Positions 12,780 to 43,002 are shown, numbered from the stretch's first letter. The stretch is 64,000 nt of DNA from Tubiluchus corallicola (GCA_030141605.1 JAQGDQ010000130.1:329974-393973), one strand, 5' to 3'. Notes: generated by a model not told the origin, from the sequence alone. Made by a program: numbers and translations.

Positions 12780-13800
12780 AAATGCTGTTGGCCCTGATAT
12801 ATTTATATTGAAATCATGTGCCTCGCAACTCTCATTGCCTGTTTTTCTTCTTTTTCGCAAACCCAAGGAGTGTGGTATAGTCCCTCAAGACTGGCTAGAT
12901 TGTAATATTACCCTTATCAAAAAACCTAGTGCAAAGTTAATATGTGGTGAATTACGCCTTATTTCTCTATCCTCTGTTGTCTCTAAATGTCTTGAATCCT
13001 TTTGTGGAACGATATACTAAATTTCCTGCTATCTTCTGGCCAATTCAATAATAACTACATGGCTCATTACCACCGTAACAAATCTTCTTGAATGCCTTGA
13101 CTGGTCCCAATTCTTTGATGACCCTTCTCTTCCATCATTGATATTCTATATTAATTTTAGAAAGATTTTAGATTCCATTCCTCTTCGTCGTCACATGTTA
13201 AAAATTGAATTTGCAGGTATAAAAGGGGGAAACTACTCCAATGGTTTCAATATTTTCTAATACACAGACGGCAAAGAGTAGCTTTAAATGGTGTAACCAG
13301 TGGCATTCCTCAAGGGACTTTGTCGGGACCTTATTGTTTTTTTTATTTTTATCAATGATGTTACTGATTGTGTATCCCCTGACACACGTATGCCACTGTT
13401 TGTTGATGATATAAAAACCTTACCGTCTAATTAGAAGTTGGCAACTGATAAGTGTAACTCAACGGCTGTAAATGCAGCGCACTTCGTATTCGTTCTAATT
13501 CTACAATGCCTTATTATCTGAGAGATGATATTATTGAAGAAAACTCAGTTGTACGTGATTTGGGAGTATCAATCTCAAACAGCTTGAAGTGGAACTCACA
13601 TACTGAACACATTTATTTCTCAGGCCAATAGACGCATTGGAATGATAAAACGCTGCATTTAATCGCGTAGTGCAAAAGTTACTGTACCTCTTTATAAAGA
13701 TGTAGTTAGACCAATACTAGAATATGCGTGCGTTGTTTGGGAACCACAGTATGTTACTCTTAAAAATGCGTTAGAAAAAACTGAATGGAGGTGTACTATA
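12780..13800 (+). mobile_element. Decayed non-LTR retrotransposon (CR1/L2-like) reverse transcriptase fragment
   Basis: Frameshifted RT motifs appear in order: GPD..ILKSCASQLSLP, PQDWLDCNITLIKK, RLISLSSVVSKCLES, SGIPQGTLSGP, LFVDDIK, VRDLGVSISNSLKWNSH and VRPILEYACVVWEP. Confidence 0.85.
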
Positions 13801-15949
13801 GTCTGGCCTCTGATATTCAACGTGACTCTGTATCTTCTCTTTGAATTAGATTTTATTAATTTTTATTTGTCTCATACAAAAGCAATATACAGCAAAGTGT
13901 TAGTCACAAAGTATGAGTTAACGAGAAAGACGGGGTAGAGAAAGATCCAACGGTCGCCAATCATCCACCCCTCACTCATAAAGTGATAAAAGTGTAAGTT
14001 AGTGGCATTAGTAATTAAGTAACTTAAATATTTAAGTAACTCTTGAACAACGCCCTGATACTATAGAGCTTATTAACTGTTATAAGTCATTAGTGTTGTT
14101 CTATTTTGCATGTGATACCTGTCAATAAAATAAGATACAGTAGATGACCTACTAAGCCCCGTGCCAAATCAGTTGCCGACTACTTGGTCAGCCATCAACT
14201 CTTGGTCATTACCTACTAGACCAATATTATAATTTATAAATTTATGTAAATAACTAAATCTGTGCAATAACTAAACTTAAGAAAATGAAACAAGAAGTTA
14301 GAACTATTTCTATTTTTAGAAGTGCACGTTATCAGTTAAAATCTTCCATTTGTACTTTGTAGTAAATGACTATTTTGTGAATTTAGCATTTGCTGTCTAT
14401 TATTATAACTATAAAAAGAAATAAAAAACCCAAAAGAGTTCGTTCCATAACATTAAATTATGTAATTTTTTCATGTATTTTTTAACAATAAATTTATAAA
14501 TTACACACACAGACTTTTGGATTCTGTGAATTCATCCATCATGCCAACATACTTGTGTACAACTTTGCTAAGAAATACATTCACTATGCACTACCATCAA
14601 TTTCAATAATGAAAATTAATTACAGTTCACCACAAAAAACAGACTTCAGCACAAGACGGGTTAGTGTTAAACAATATATCACAAGTTTTTTCTCATAATC
14701 TAATATAGAAAACCAACAGAAAATCACAGTAGAAATGATAAGATAATGTCAAATGTTCCAGTGTGAGAAACAGTATGACACAGCAAGTGGATATATGTGC
14801 AAGACTTTTACTGCAGGAGTATGCATGTTTGTTAATACAACAGTTAATATGCATGTTTGAGAAGCCTTACTTCCCTGAACAGGCATCAGAGCCATTGTCA
14901 GGTTCTAAAGTTAGAGCAAGTACATAATAATTGTTATTTTGTATTTAAAATTAAAACACAATAAAAAGTTTTACAGTTACAGTCTTAAATCTCATGACAT
15001 AATAAAAATATGTGTTATTTAATTATTTTAATTTTAAATGTAACATGAAAACAATGAAGCACTGTGAAAAATGTATCATCAAGGAACTGTTTTGCCTAGG
15101 CTTCATTCTAGCAAAGTAATCTATAACTTCATTATAATCCACCTCAGTAGTCAACTCTCAATGTAGAGCAAAGATAACCCAGACAATTTATCCTCGCCCA
15201 TTGTAGACTGAAGGTACGACTTTATCTGTCAGCCGACTAACAGATGTTTCAGCAACCGCATAAATGAACTAAAAAATTACTAAAACAGCACCAATTTTGA
15301 AAAATGCTCCCCCAGTAGTTATGCCACTGACAGACTACTGCCTCTCAAAAGAAAATGCTCAAATGCTTTGCTAAAATGACACTGCTGGTTGCATAATCAT
15401 TTGTGATGTATTTTTAATGTACATCAATCAAATAATTGAGTATAAACTTAATTTCTGGGATTTCTTAGAGGCAAATCTTTAAATCATGTAAGTATAAGAG
15501 TAATATACTGCTTGAATTGCCTGCAGATTGCAGTACTGTAAATATCCAAAAGGCAGTATTGTACTGAAAAAACGTATTTATGTAAAGTGTGGAGAAAAGA
15601 CAAACTATTCATAACAGATTTTGTGTTGCAGACATTGTGACTTGATGAAAAAAATCTGACCAAAGGTAAATTATAGTTATGAATGCAATGCCCGCAGGAG
15701 ATGTTTATCATTTCAATTACATACTAACAGCTACGTAATTAACAATTTGTGTTCAATACAGGCGAAGTATTGAAAATAGTAAAGAAACTTCACAATGTTA
15801 AAAGTGACCAAGCTGCTCGTTATTCACAGTCAAATTATGTTTTGCATGATCCACCGGTCCATTCATGGAACGACACTTATACCCTGCTAAACAATAAACA
15901 TAAGAAGCAGTGCTGCATAGCACGAACACATCATTTTGAGCAGTTACTA

Positions 15950-32216
<16,267 letters not shown>

Positions 32217-32587
32217 GGTAGATGTTGAAAGCATGTACAGCCGGTAATACAGGACCAATTATTACACATTCACAACCAGTTCAAAGTCAACTAATTTCGG
32301 CTAAAAGTCCACTAATAGAACTAACTTTTTTCACGTGCACATGAACCGCGACAGTAGTTGCTAATAAAGTTAGCGCCTGATTTGTTTTGGTTTATCGTAA
32401 GAGCACAAAGCAATTTATTAAACTCATTAGATTGTAAAAATTATGTTTTATTGACGCAGTAAAAGTGCTTCTGATAGTTGCGACAAAAGTGTGTCAACCC
32501 TACGAACTTTTCAAAAAATAAATTTTAACCGCTGCGTTTAAAAGGTTTTAATGTAAATCTAAAGCTAAGTTTGTGGTACCTGGCAAA
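32217..32587. promoter_or_regulatory. Shared bidirectional promoter and 5'UTR region of HADHA and HADHB
   Basis: Only 371 bp separate the divergent ATGs (32216 on -, 32588 on +). The region contains an E-box TCACGTG (32331), DR1-like AGTTCAAAGTCAA (32278) and GGCTAAAAGTCCA (32299), and TGACG (32452). Function of these motifs is inferred. Confidence 0.75.
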
Positions 32588-35500
32588 ATGGCTACTCAGT
32601 GCTATAAGCTTCTTTTTCCAACATTAACGAAATTAAGTAAGCTTGTACTTTTTCTCGATGTTGAGCCAACGTGTGATTTTTTTGTTTTTAGTATCTGTTA
32701 CTGGTGTTTGCTTAGGACTCTTCGTTACTGTTCAAGGAGCCTGCGCGGTTATTCTTCAATGATTTCTTTCCTTTTCTTGTTTAAGGGTGGCACTTCTTCG
32801 CTATCTATTGAGTCATTGGCTGTCATGATAAATTGGTTGTAACATGGGATCAGTGTTGACGTTTCGTAAACTCATCTTGGTAAACTCGCCTGGGTGGTGA
32901 GAGGATATATTGCAGCAAATTATTGTGTAACTGTGTTAACTATATCATCGGCAAAAATGGCACTGACAAGTCTGGTGTAAAATTAAATTTCTTAAGACAC
33001 GGTGAAATGTCAAGTACTACTTTCTGCAGGCGCACAATTGCAAATCAAGCTTTATCGTCATCATCATGAGCATCTTTTTTGGAAATTGTTGCTTTTTCAG
33101 GGAACTGTGACCAGAACGCTTCAGACTACTATAAAATTAAAGTTTATTTACTGCCCGCTGGTTAGCCGTAATGCTCTAAATGTTTTTAGTGCATAATGTT
33201 TTCACACTTGTTTTTTGTTTCATGTTACTAAATTATCATGTAACTACCGATTATTGCATAGTCTCTTTTTTGTATGGTATGAAGCCTCTAATTATTGTAT
33301 GTTCCGATAATTAGCCTATAAATGGCAACACTGTGTAGGATATTGGCCCGTGCTCGACACCCCTGTATAATAACTCACTGTGTATCACAGTGCAGCGATA
33401 CCATCAGTTCCCAAAAAGAAAGAGGGAGATTTATAGGGTGACTTGCAGCCTTCTCGACGAAGTGCCTGCTAGAGGGTCTATAGCAGGGCCCCATCCGCCA
33501 ACATATCCTTTAGCAATTAATAACGTTTTGGAAGCATTTGAAGATACTTATTACAAATGATGATTGAGGCGAACCTATAATAGCTTTTTGCCCGTGGTTG
33601 GTTTTTAATTGTACCCCAATGTTGTAGATCCAGTTATGCACTGTAATTGTTGTATGTCATTGTAGTGTGTAGTCAGATGGAGGTCTTTAATTCTCCACCA
33701 ATAAAGTCCTTACAGACTGAAATATATCATGATACATTTACCATAATTTTTTTCAGTACTGATCCAGTTGAAACTAATTTATAAAGCATTCTTTTCACAG
33801 ATGATCTAATGATGTACCAGTATACACTTTAAATTTTATTGCAAAGTCCTCAAACACTAGATTTTAAGTTTTAGAAATTCCTAACATCAACACGTCAAAA
33901 ACTTTATAAGGTATCATTGAGTGGTGTAAAACGCTTTTTGATTTTGCAAAAAATATTAAGCTATTGATGGACATTAGAATCACTTCAATGGTGTTTCTTT
34001 GTGTGATTACCGTATTTTCCCATGTATAAGAGACCCTTGTGTATAAGAGACCCCTTCAATTTTAGGCAAAAATTCTGGAAAAAAGTTTTTTGGTAATGAA
34101 TAACTTTATTCATCATAGAAATCATCAAATTCCTCATCACTCTCATCAAAAATATCAACTGGAGTCAGACCTTCAGCAATTCCAGCCAGTTCATCATCAG
34201 AGGAGTCACTCTGCTCAAAAATGGCATTGTCCTCTGTGCCGTCCATGGCATTGGAGATGCCACACTTCTTGAAAGATTTAATAATGACCTCTAGCCATGG
34301 AGAAGATTTATTGAAAGGAAACTGTAATTATTCGAAATAAAACAGTTGTAGAGCACTTATTTCTTTAAAATCATTAGTGTCACAATTTATGCATCTTATT
34401 GAAAAGACTTACTCCCATGTATAAGAGACCCCCTATTTTTAAAGTGAAAATTCTGAGCAAAAAAGGGTCTCTTATACACGGGAAAATACGGTAATTAGTG
34501 ATTATTAGTTATAGGCTTACATATCAAAGAAAGTTTGCCAATGTTAAATTTATGTCAATGTTAATTTTCAGCTAGTTGAGGATTTCTGTTATTGAGCACT
34601 GATATTATTACACGGAGCTCGCAAAACTCGTGCAAAGTGGTCATCTGTTAATTTTAGATCATTCAAATTTGCTTATTTTGTGACATTTTAAATGTGCCAA
34701 AAATAACAAGTTGGACTGAAGAGTGGTATAACACTTGCAAGTGTGGGTGACATGCCAAAAGTGGGTGCCCCTGGTAGGCTTGGTTCTGCCTCTATACATA
34801 CAACATTGCATGTTCTGCATCGCCTGTACGTGATGCTGCACAGTGACAGTGAGCTGTGATATCTTTGATGGAGATGTCAGCAAGCATGAACATCCCACGT
34901 TCACAGACTGTAGGATTTTTGTACAATCATACAGTGTCCGTTCACTGTCTATTCTCAATTGAGTTTAAGGTGGTTGAACCTAAACCACCACTCCTTCAAG
35001 GTCAAAGGCAATCATGAAGGCATATCCAGAGCAGGTGGGAACATCTGTGGTAGGCATTTTGATTATCCGAGGCCTGGTCATTAGAATTAGAATGACCTGT
35101 CACCTTCCTATATTGACATTGCGCAAGTTGTTAACTTAGGCCACAGTTCACTAATGAACTTGATATGAACTTGCCACTGAGAAATTTTTTATTTGTTTGT
35201 TTGCAGATCCGACCCGATGTCTCAGTACTTCCCAACTGCTCAATGCAAATGGTGAGTTTTTCATTAATTATTTTGGAGTCATGTTAGTAATGAGTTCAAT
35301 TATCTATTGGTATTAAATTATTTGTAATTGTTAACGACTAATAGGGTAAATCATACAAGAATGTGCATTCATTAGCATCAGCGTACATTTATAATGTGTG
35401 TTTCGTGAAGTGTTTGGTCATGATTGTTTTTGATAGGATTAAAGCACTCTTAATTTTTTCTTTCATAAAATTGCTCATACATAACAGCGAGCATAAAAGG

Positions 35501-38500
35501 TGATTTCTGGTTATTGTTCTTCTACAGCACAGTGCGAAATCTAAGTTTGTTTTGTTTTCATTTGAAAGGAGTTTTGCTTAGTTAATGTTTAATGTTTTTG
35601 TAGCAAAATCAAAGAAAACACTAGAAAGGAGTGGCACTCGCAATGTTGTTTTGGTTGATGGAGTACGGACTCCGTTTCTGATGTCGGGGACACAGTATGC
35701 ATCCATGATGCCCCATGATCTTGCCAGAGCAGCTCTGCAAGGTTTGCATCGGCGAACTGAGCTTGAAAAAGGTGAATCATTTATTACTGATTTGACGGTC
35801 ATTGTTTGATTAATTAAATGCTCAAAATTTGATAGTAAAATGAGACTGAATTAGTAGAGGTATTTTAGCCTCAGGAAAATGTGAATACAGCTGTCAAAGA
35901 GGAAACAGCCAGAGGTGGCATGGCTACTGAATTCGCTTAATCACCTGTCCATTTACTCGTTAGTGCCTTAATTACGGTTTCCAAGCACATGCCATAACCA
36001 TTATTTCTGTTGCCTGTTTCACAGTTTCTAAAAGCTAAATTTTACTTGCAGATGAGGTGGATTACATAGTAATAGGCACTGTGATTCAGGAGGTCAAAAC
36101 GAGCAACCTTGCACGCGAAGCTGCACTGGGCGCCAACTTTTCAGTGAAGATACCAGCTCACACAGTAACGATGGCATGTATTTCTTCCAACCAAGCCATT
36201 AGCAATGGTAAATAGCTTACTATGTCCCAAGTGGATTAGCTCCTTCAGGACCATAAGAGTTTGCTGCATTTTGCAGGGGTTTATGAAGAACTGCTTTCAC
36301 TATGCAGCGATTACATTATATTTCATAATTTTTGTTAGTTTCATGCAAAATTATACATGAAATGCATTTACTTACCTTAAGCAAATTAAAAATCAATGTT
36401 TGAGGAAAAAATTGAAATATGCTTTCAGTAACTGCAATCTTTGCACCGTAACAATTCACAGTATCACTTGCATGAAATCAGCTAATGCAGAAAATTTGAA
36501 CTATGCAATCATAACACTCTGATACACGTTGGCCTCATGTCTGTTCTATTTTTAAGGAGAAGTTCCTGTTAAAAGGTGAGATGACTTTAATTTTTCCTTG
36601 GCTGATTGGTTGGTTTTTCTTGGAACTCTCTATAGCAGAGGTTTCTCTTGGGCTGTAGCAAGTAGGTGATCAGTAAAATAGTGTGTATGATCACTTAAGA
36701 CTTAAGTGTATACCACTAAACTACTCGATAGGGTAAGTTGGGATGCCTGAATAAGGGAATGTTTTTCTTAAGTTTATCTTATTAAATCACTTATAGATGC
36801 TTAAAACAAATAACATGATTAGATAGCCTGATTTACCTGAATAGAATAGTGCCTAATTTGTAATCATCTAGTTATGTCTGTGTTCATTCAGTAGCAGAAA
36901 AGTCATATGTCTTATAAGACCTATTTTGAGTGGTGTGGTCCTGAAGGAGCTAAGAGGTCGTTGTAGATAATTTGAAGTTTAGTAATGCTTAACATTGTTA
37001 GCTGGTTGCAGTTTTCTCAAATGGTCGTTAATTGCTTTTTTCAGCTGTGACATTGATCCGGGCGGGCGAATGTGATAAAGTCATTGCCGGAGGTGCAGAA
37101 TTCATGTCCGATATACCGATCCGACACAGTCGTAAAATGAGGGCCCTCATGCTGAAGGCACCCAAGGCAAAGAGCACTGGCGCTAAATTAGGACTTGTAA
37201 TGCAACTCAGACCGTCATTTTTTGCTCCTGAGGTAGTCATATCAATATGGTAGTTAGACCCACATTCACAATTCTCTAAGCATTTCATTCAGAGAATTTA
37301 CATCCATAGTTTGCATGAAATGATCCAAATTATGATCCAGATTTATGAAAAAACAAAAAAGGCTGGTGACTAAATTTTAATCAAATACAACTCATGCATT
37401 ATGATGTCCTTTCTTGTATTTTATATGAGGCCTTTTTATATTATTTCCCATCCACTCAGTTGAAAAAATTTTAGTGCAAAAACCAATATAAATTAATGAA
37501 TGCATATAAAATGTATTTGTTTACCATTACTTCTGCATGCTATTAAGGGTCACCTTAAAGTGCACTATTGCTTGATACTTTGCTTACTTTTTTCGATATT
37601 TGTAGGACAAATAATGATTGTGCATGTAAAGTTACACAGAGTCGTATAAAAAAATTTCAGTGTTGCTTATAATGCTAAAGACATTGCCTTGCTAATTGGT
37701 TTTTATGCTTTTATTCTTTCGTTAATATGCAATGTCCAACTGCAATTTATGTTCCCATGTGTACTTGCTAATACAATTTTAGTATGTTCATAATGACAGT
37801 GTTTTTAAGTCCTGGATTTTCCAGTCCAAGTTTTAGGTTTCTGTTTTGAATTTGATCACTGCCTGATGAACTCAGGTTCACATATATGCTTACTAGTCAC
37901 CAAATGGACTTCCTGAATACGAAAATCATAAATTCCAATTCAGAACTTTGCTGCTCGTCTCATTGCCAAAACTAGAAAATATGATCGCATCTATTCTAAG
38001 AGAGTTACGTTGGTTGCTGCTAAAGTTCCAAATTGAATTTAAAATTCTGTATATCACCTGCAACAAATTCAGGACTTTTTATTTTAATAGTGAAGGATAT
38101 ATCATTTTAGCTTCCTGCTGTTGCTGAATTTTCGACGGCGGAGACCATGGGTCATTCAGGTGACCGGCTTGCTGCTGCATTCCAAATTTCACGGCAAGAG
38201 CAAGATGAATACGCCTTGCGCTCACACAGCCTTGCTGAAAAAGCTTCTAAAGCTGGATTACTGTCTGATAGAATCACGGTCAATGTACCAGGTAGGTTGC
38301 TTATTGCAGTAATACATGAGTACTGTTGCAGTAATACATGTACTCTTTATATTGAATGTGGACTCAAACTAATGGACAGGACTGAATTCGATGTCATGGG
38401 TTAGAAATAATATCAATACTGCCATCTAATGGCAAATTGAAAATCAGACTGCATCAGTCGATGCAGATTTCATTCTAGTATATTTCTATAAAAGGAATAT

Positions 38501-41500
38501 ACATACTTCATGTTCCTTTGAAAATTGGCGGAGTCTTAGAGTTTTTTGAAAGTGATGCTATTGGTGCCATCTAGAATTCAAGATGGCACACTCAAAAATC
38601 CGACACCATTGTTTAATGCAGAATTTACTCTAGTACATTTCTATAAAGTTTTGTGTGGACATTGTGAAATAGCGGAACCTTAGGCTTTTGTCAAAAATGG
38701 TGCCATCTTGAATTCGCAAGGTCAGGTCAAAAACCCAACTCCGTCGATTGATGGGAAAGTCTCACTAACACATGCCTGTAAAGTTTAATAACCATCCATT
38801 GATTGGCAGAGCCTTGGGCTTTTATTCGCAAGTAATGTTATCGCGGCCATGTTGAATTCAAAACGGCGAATTGAAAGTGGCTTGCTTACAGGTAAGCCAG
38901 ATGTAGTGGATTATGACAATGGGATCCGTGTGTCATCTATAGAAGCCATGAAGAAGTTAAAACCGGCGTTTGTGCGACCCCATGGCACAGTGACAGCTGC
39001 CAACGCTTCATTCCTGGTAAATAGTCACAGCAATGTGTCTTTCATTATTTATTTTTTGATGCCTGATACATTGTTAACTGACGTACACTTTAGCTGCAAA
39101 CTGTATTCCTTGTAGTGTAATGATTGTCACAAATCTTTTGCCACCCAGTTTGTACTGCAGGTGGCTCAACCGAGATTATTTGTGTAATTTGTAAAAAGAA
39201 ACACCTGTAATGTCTTAGAGTTGTTGCATTCGATTAACAAAGATTAAAAGTGCTTAGTTTTATTTGTTACTGCATTTGATTGTATTTCTTCTATGTTTTC
39301 TTAGTTTTTGCATAACTGCTCGACAAACGAGCAAGTTCATTAGTCACACAGGCTTAGCAGATCAAGAACCTTGTCATTCAAACCGATTTATATCAACTGA
39401 TAATAAATAGAGAAAAACGTTTTCGTTTTTCAGCAGAAGAAATTCATTATAATACGCTAATGGGAGATAAGAATGTCAGTACAGCGCTCTAATATTTGAA
39501 GGTTTTTCGCAATAAGCGCATAATATTACCTGTAAGCCCACACAAGAAACAATATCATACAAGCTGCTCAGCACATCACCTGCTAACCCAAGGTCTTAGT
39601 TCATGCCTGTTCTGTGTTTATCTAGTTTTCTATTTCAAAGTATCTTCAGTACAAAGTTTTTTTTGTCAACAGACAGATGGCGCTTCTGCTTGTTTAATAA
39701 TGTCAGAAGACAAGGCACTGGCTATGGGCTTCAAACCGAAAGCTTACCTCAGGGATTTCATATTTGTTTCACAAGATCCAAAAGATCAACTTTTACTAGG
39801 GTAAGCGGTAGTTTCAGGCGTTTCAATTTCACTTCAGTCACTAATAGTGGCAAATTTTTCAATGACAGGCAAGTGATTCAACACAGAGTAAGACTTTATG
39901 ATGGAGCTGTTTGTGGTGAATTATTCCTTTTCTTCTAGGCCTTCGTATGCTACTCCTCGAATACTGGAGAAATCCGGACTCAAGCTTTCCGATTTTGATG
40001 TATTCGAATTCCATGAGGCATTTGCTGTAAGTAATTTGATTGATATTTATAATTTATTAATTGCATATGTAGTTCTATTACTATTAAAAAGCTAACTGCT
40101 TTGTTTCAAATTCAAAAGTAAATGAAATTAATTTAATTGATTGCCAATAAAATTGGCTTTAGAGTTGGAGACCAGATGTGGAATGTGCACCTCTAACTGA
40201 TTGAAGAGGTGCACGTTAAAAGAGAAGAGTTTCATAACAGCTGCCTTGGTCACTATTTTCGTAGATGTTTTGATGAATTTGGCATTAACTGAAGTGCAGT
40301 AATGCATCCAAATCTATAAATAATGGATATAAGTACTTGCTGCATAGAATATTCAGGCAGTGAGGTTGCCATAATGAGGTTTGACTATTTTTTCAAATCC
40401 ACTTTGCTATTTCTAAAAAGATTGTCTGTTTTTTACGCAGGGGCAAGTCCTAGCTAACTTAAAGGCAATGGATTCTGACTGGTTTGCTCAAAACTACCAG
40501 GGTCGCACGCAGAAAGTGGGAGCAATACCTCTAGACAAGTTGAATTTGTGGGGCGGTTCATTGTCGATCGGACATCCATTTGGAGCTACCGGTGTCAGGC
40601 TAGTGACCACAGCGGCTAACAGGTTGATAAAGGAGAATGGACAGTATGCATTAGTGGCAGCCTGTGCAGCAGGAGGACAGGTAAGTGAAAATGATGCAAC
40701 CATCTAAAACAGTCGCTTTTTAATGTTTTAAATAATATTGGGTTTGGGGTTCATGGCCGAGTGTTTACACAAGCATGGCTAGTTCGATACTCATCTTGGG
40801 ATAATGTTTCATCGCCATACATATTCTAATTGTTTACTTCATAGAGCATGTAAATACACCAAAACGTGGCTGAGGCATCTCTGTCGATTTACTGGCTCAT
40901 GTTTGAGGGTTGCTGTTGATAAAGAGGTAGCCTGTATTCATGGCAGACACGTCTCTTTGAGCACATGCTACATGCTATGCTGTGTTACGCCTTTTCTTGC
41001 AAAAACAACCGACAATGACACTGATGTTTCTTGAAAACTGCAAAGAGTAGCTCTAGGCGTTCACTTGTGGAGCCACCACTTTTAACATCGTTCTTTTTGT
41101 TGTTGCTGTATTATATATTGTAAAATTAATTGTGTTTTGAATATGTAGTACATTTTTTTCACTTGGGTAGTAGATACATTTGTTACTCACATCTATACTC
41201 TGTACAATTATTATTATATGCAACAAATAACACTGTTACTTTATTTTCAGTAACAATGACATTTTGATTTGAAACTTGTACACCATCATCATGTACCAGC
41301 AATGGAGAAATTTACAAGCATCATCGTCAGTAAAGCCGTAAAACAAGCAAAATAAACAATAATTACCATTAGCCAGCAACAATAGTTAACAATACAACAA
41401 TTGTGAAAAACCATATTTTATCAAACCCAAAATGCTCTACACGTGAAACATATCCACTGACTAACTATAGTTATGGTTTATTTTGCTTATTTTTCAGCTT

Positions 41501-41776
41501 TGCTTCTTTTGTCTGATGATAGTTGTAAGATTCAAATCAAAATGTTGTTAATGTAAATGTTAACCAAATCAAATAGCAGCATTACTTGTTACAATACCTG
41601 TGCTTGTTTTATTTGTATATCCCTCTTATTTATTGTTTGTTTCATTCCCAGAATTCTTTGGATGTGGCAAAAATATTTCGTTTGTAATAATTTTGTTCCC
41701 GAAAACTGGCTTACAAACTATTATTTTTTTATTTTAGGGTCATGCAATGATTGTGGAGCGATATCCGTCAAAGTAA
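32588..41776 (+). CDS. HADHB: Mitochondrial trifunctional enzyme subunit beta (long-chain 3-ketoacyl-CoA thiolase), 11 exons, 468 aa
   Basis: Exons 32588-32636, 35207-35251, 35604-35771, 36052-36207, 37045-37232, 38111-38291, 38892-39016, 39673-39800, 39939-40026, 40441-40680 and 41738-41776 sum to 1407 nt in frame. Motifs: [11 protein letters not shown], catalytic [37 protein letters not shown] and [18 protein letters not shown]. Confidence 0.96.
34010..34491 (-). mobile_element. Internally deleted pogo-family DNA transposon in HADHB intron 1
   Basis: TA|CCGTATTTTCCCATGTATAAGAGACCC ... GGGTCTCTTATACACGGGAAAATACGG|TA. The minus strand (about 34291-34106) reads [34 protein letters not shown]...FYDE*, typical of a pogo transposase C-terminus. 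Confidence 0.88.
36236..36953. mobile_element. Non-autonomous TIR element occupying most of HADHB intron 4
   Basis: Perfect 18-bp inverted termini TTAGCTCCTTCAGGACCA / TGGTCCTGAAGGAGCTAA. No coding remnant seen, and the superfamily is uncertain. Confidence 0.7.
37895..38060 (+). mobile_element. Short decayed L2-like LINE ORF2 3' fragment in HADHB intron 5
   Basis: Frameshifted NGLPEYE...[18 protein letters not shown]...RELRWL...IEFKILYIT resembles the QNxAARLI...LHWLP...IxFKIL segment of L2 elements. Confidence 0.65.
38415..38870. repeat. Degenerate tandem repeat of about 140 bp (3+ units) carrying GCCATCTTGAATT-like motifs
   Basis: GCCATCT near 38421, 38566 and 38702, and GCCATGTTGAATT near 38846. 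The first three are followed by AAAATC.GAC / GATGCAGA / TCTAGTA.ATTTCTATAAA-like segments. Confidence 0.6.
40745..41100 (+). mobile_element. Possible decayed tRNA-derived SINE in HADHB intron 10
   Basis: A-box-like TGGCCGAGTGT (40754) and B-box-like GTTCGATAC (40782) precede a GC-richer body and a T/TTG tail. Box spacing is shorter than in tRNA, and I saw no second copy. Confidence 0.3.
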
Positions 41777-43002
41777 TGAAGTTCTGTAGCTTAAAATTTG
41801 TATAATTAGAAAGATTATTGCAGTTTTGCCATTCTGTAAGTGTTCAGTTCTTCCTTTGAGCAAAATGCCACAAGGTGCATGAATGATCTTTAAACAAATT
41901 ACAATGTCCAACAGATGCCAATGTAAAGCTTATCTTAACGTGAGGTGAAATACTAAAGATATATTTATATTTATGACATTTAGGAATTTATTGTTGCTAT
42001 GGATACTTCCCCAAATTCTTGCAATTCTTGGTTTGTAGGTTAATGTGTGCTTAATTTGCACAATGTGGGTTATTGCTTATTGCCTGTCTGAAATGTGATG
42101 GATGTCTTATACTGAGTAAATTATTTAATTATAAAAATAAGTGTAAATGTTCATGTTTTTGCTAACGGAGTTGCTTACCATGTATTTATGTAGTCATCAT
42201 ACTTAAAGGAAAAGAAAAATCAATTAGCTTGTATTGTTTATTTTACTGTTATTAAACTTGGAGAAATATAACAAAGAAATTTGCACAGAAACTGTCTATA
42301 AAACATAAAGTTGACCTATGCTACAGCTAAATAGAAACTTTCGGGCGCGGCTTGTGGTAGTTGCCATTCAATTGAAAATTATGACGTTAACTGGTGGTCT
42401 TCGTGACTTCCCCCCCCCCCCAAGTACATCTTGGCTTTCATTAAGCGCACACTATTACACGAGGTGCTTATCACACTTATTATTAAATCCGTCTAACACT
42501 TTTCACGAACATTGGAACACACTTCCCAGAAGCTTTAGCTTTTCCTTCAAATACGAAACGGACAAAATATTAACACGGATACATTTCAACTAGTGTTTGG
42601 TCATGTCAGGTGAACTTCTCTCATATCTAAGTGTTTACTCTGTAAATGAGTATTATTTGGTCTCTTTGATTTTAATTCCACTGAAAGCTGTAATTAATTA
42701 AATAGGGCGGTATGCATTTTCTTGCTTGTTGTTCTCCATTATCTCAATTCAATTAATTTTATTCTCAACATAATCACAATACTTGTACATTAAAGACACA
42801 AGCTCAACTTACAAATACAATGTTCAAATTATAAAATTATATTCGGCACTGGAGACCTATGAAGCAAGTTTTTACATTATGCTACCAGAATTAGTAAGTG
42901 AAAAAAAATAATGTCAAAGTAAACCTGCACTATAATGTAAGCTTTAACAAATTTAAATCTTGCTGCCACTATGAATATTCAATTAATTCATTTTATTAGT
43001 TT

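Noticed and set aside
37863-37880. CTGATGA hammerhead-ribozyme-like core (also 61925 and 31520 reverse)
   Set aside because: No stem II followed by GAAA and no flanking helices could be built.
38289-38894. HADHB intron 6 flanked by CAGGTA direct repeats, suggesting intron gain by insertion
   Set aside because: The position in VPG|K appears, from memory, to match a human HADHB intron, so an ancestral proto-splice site is the simpler explanation.
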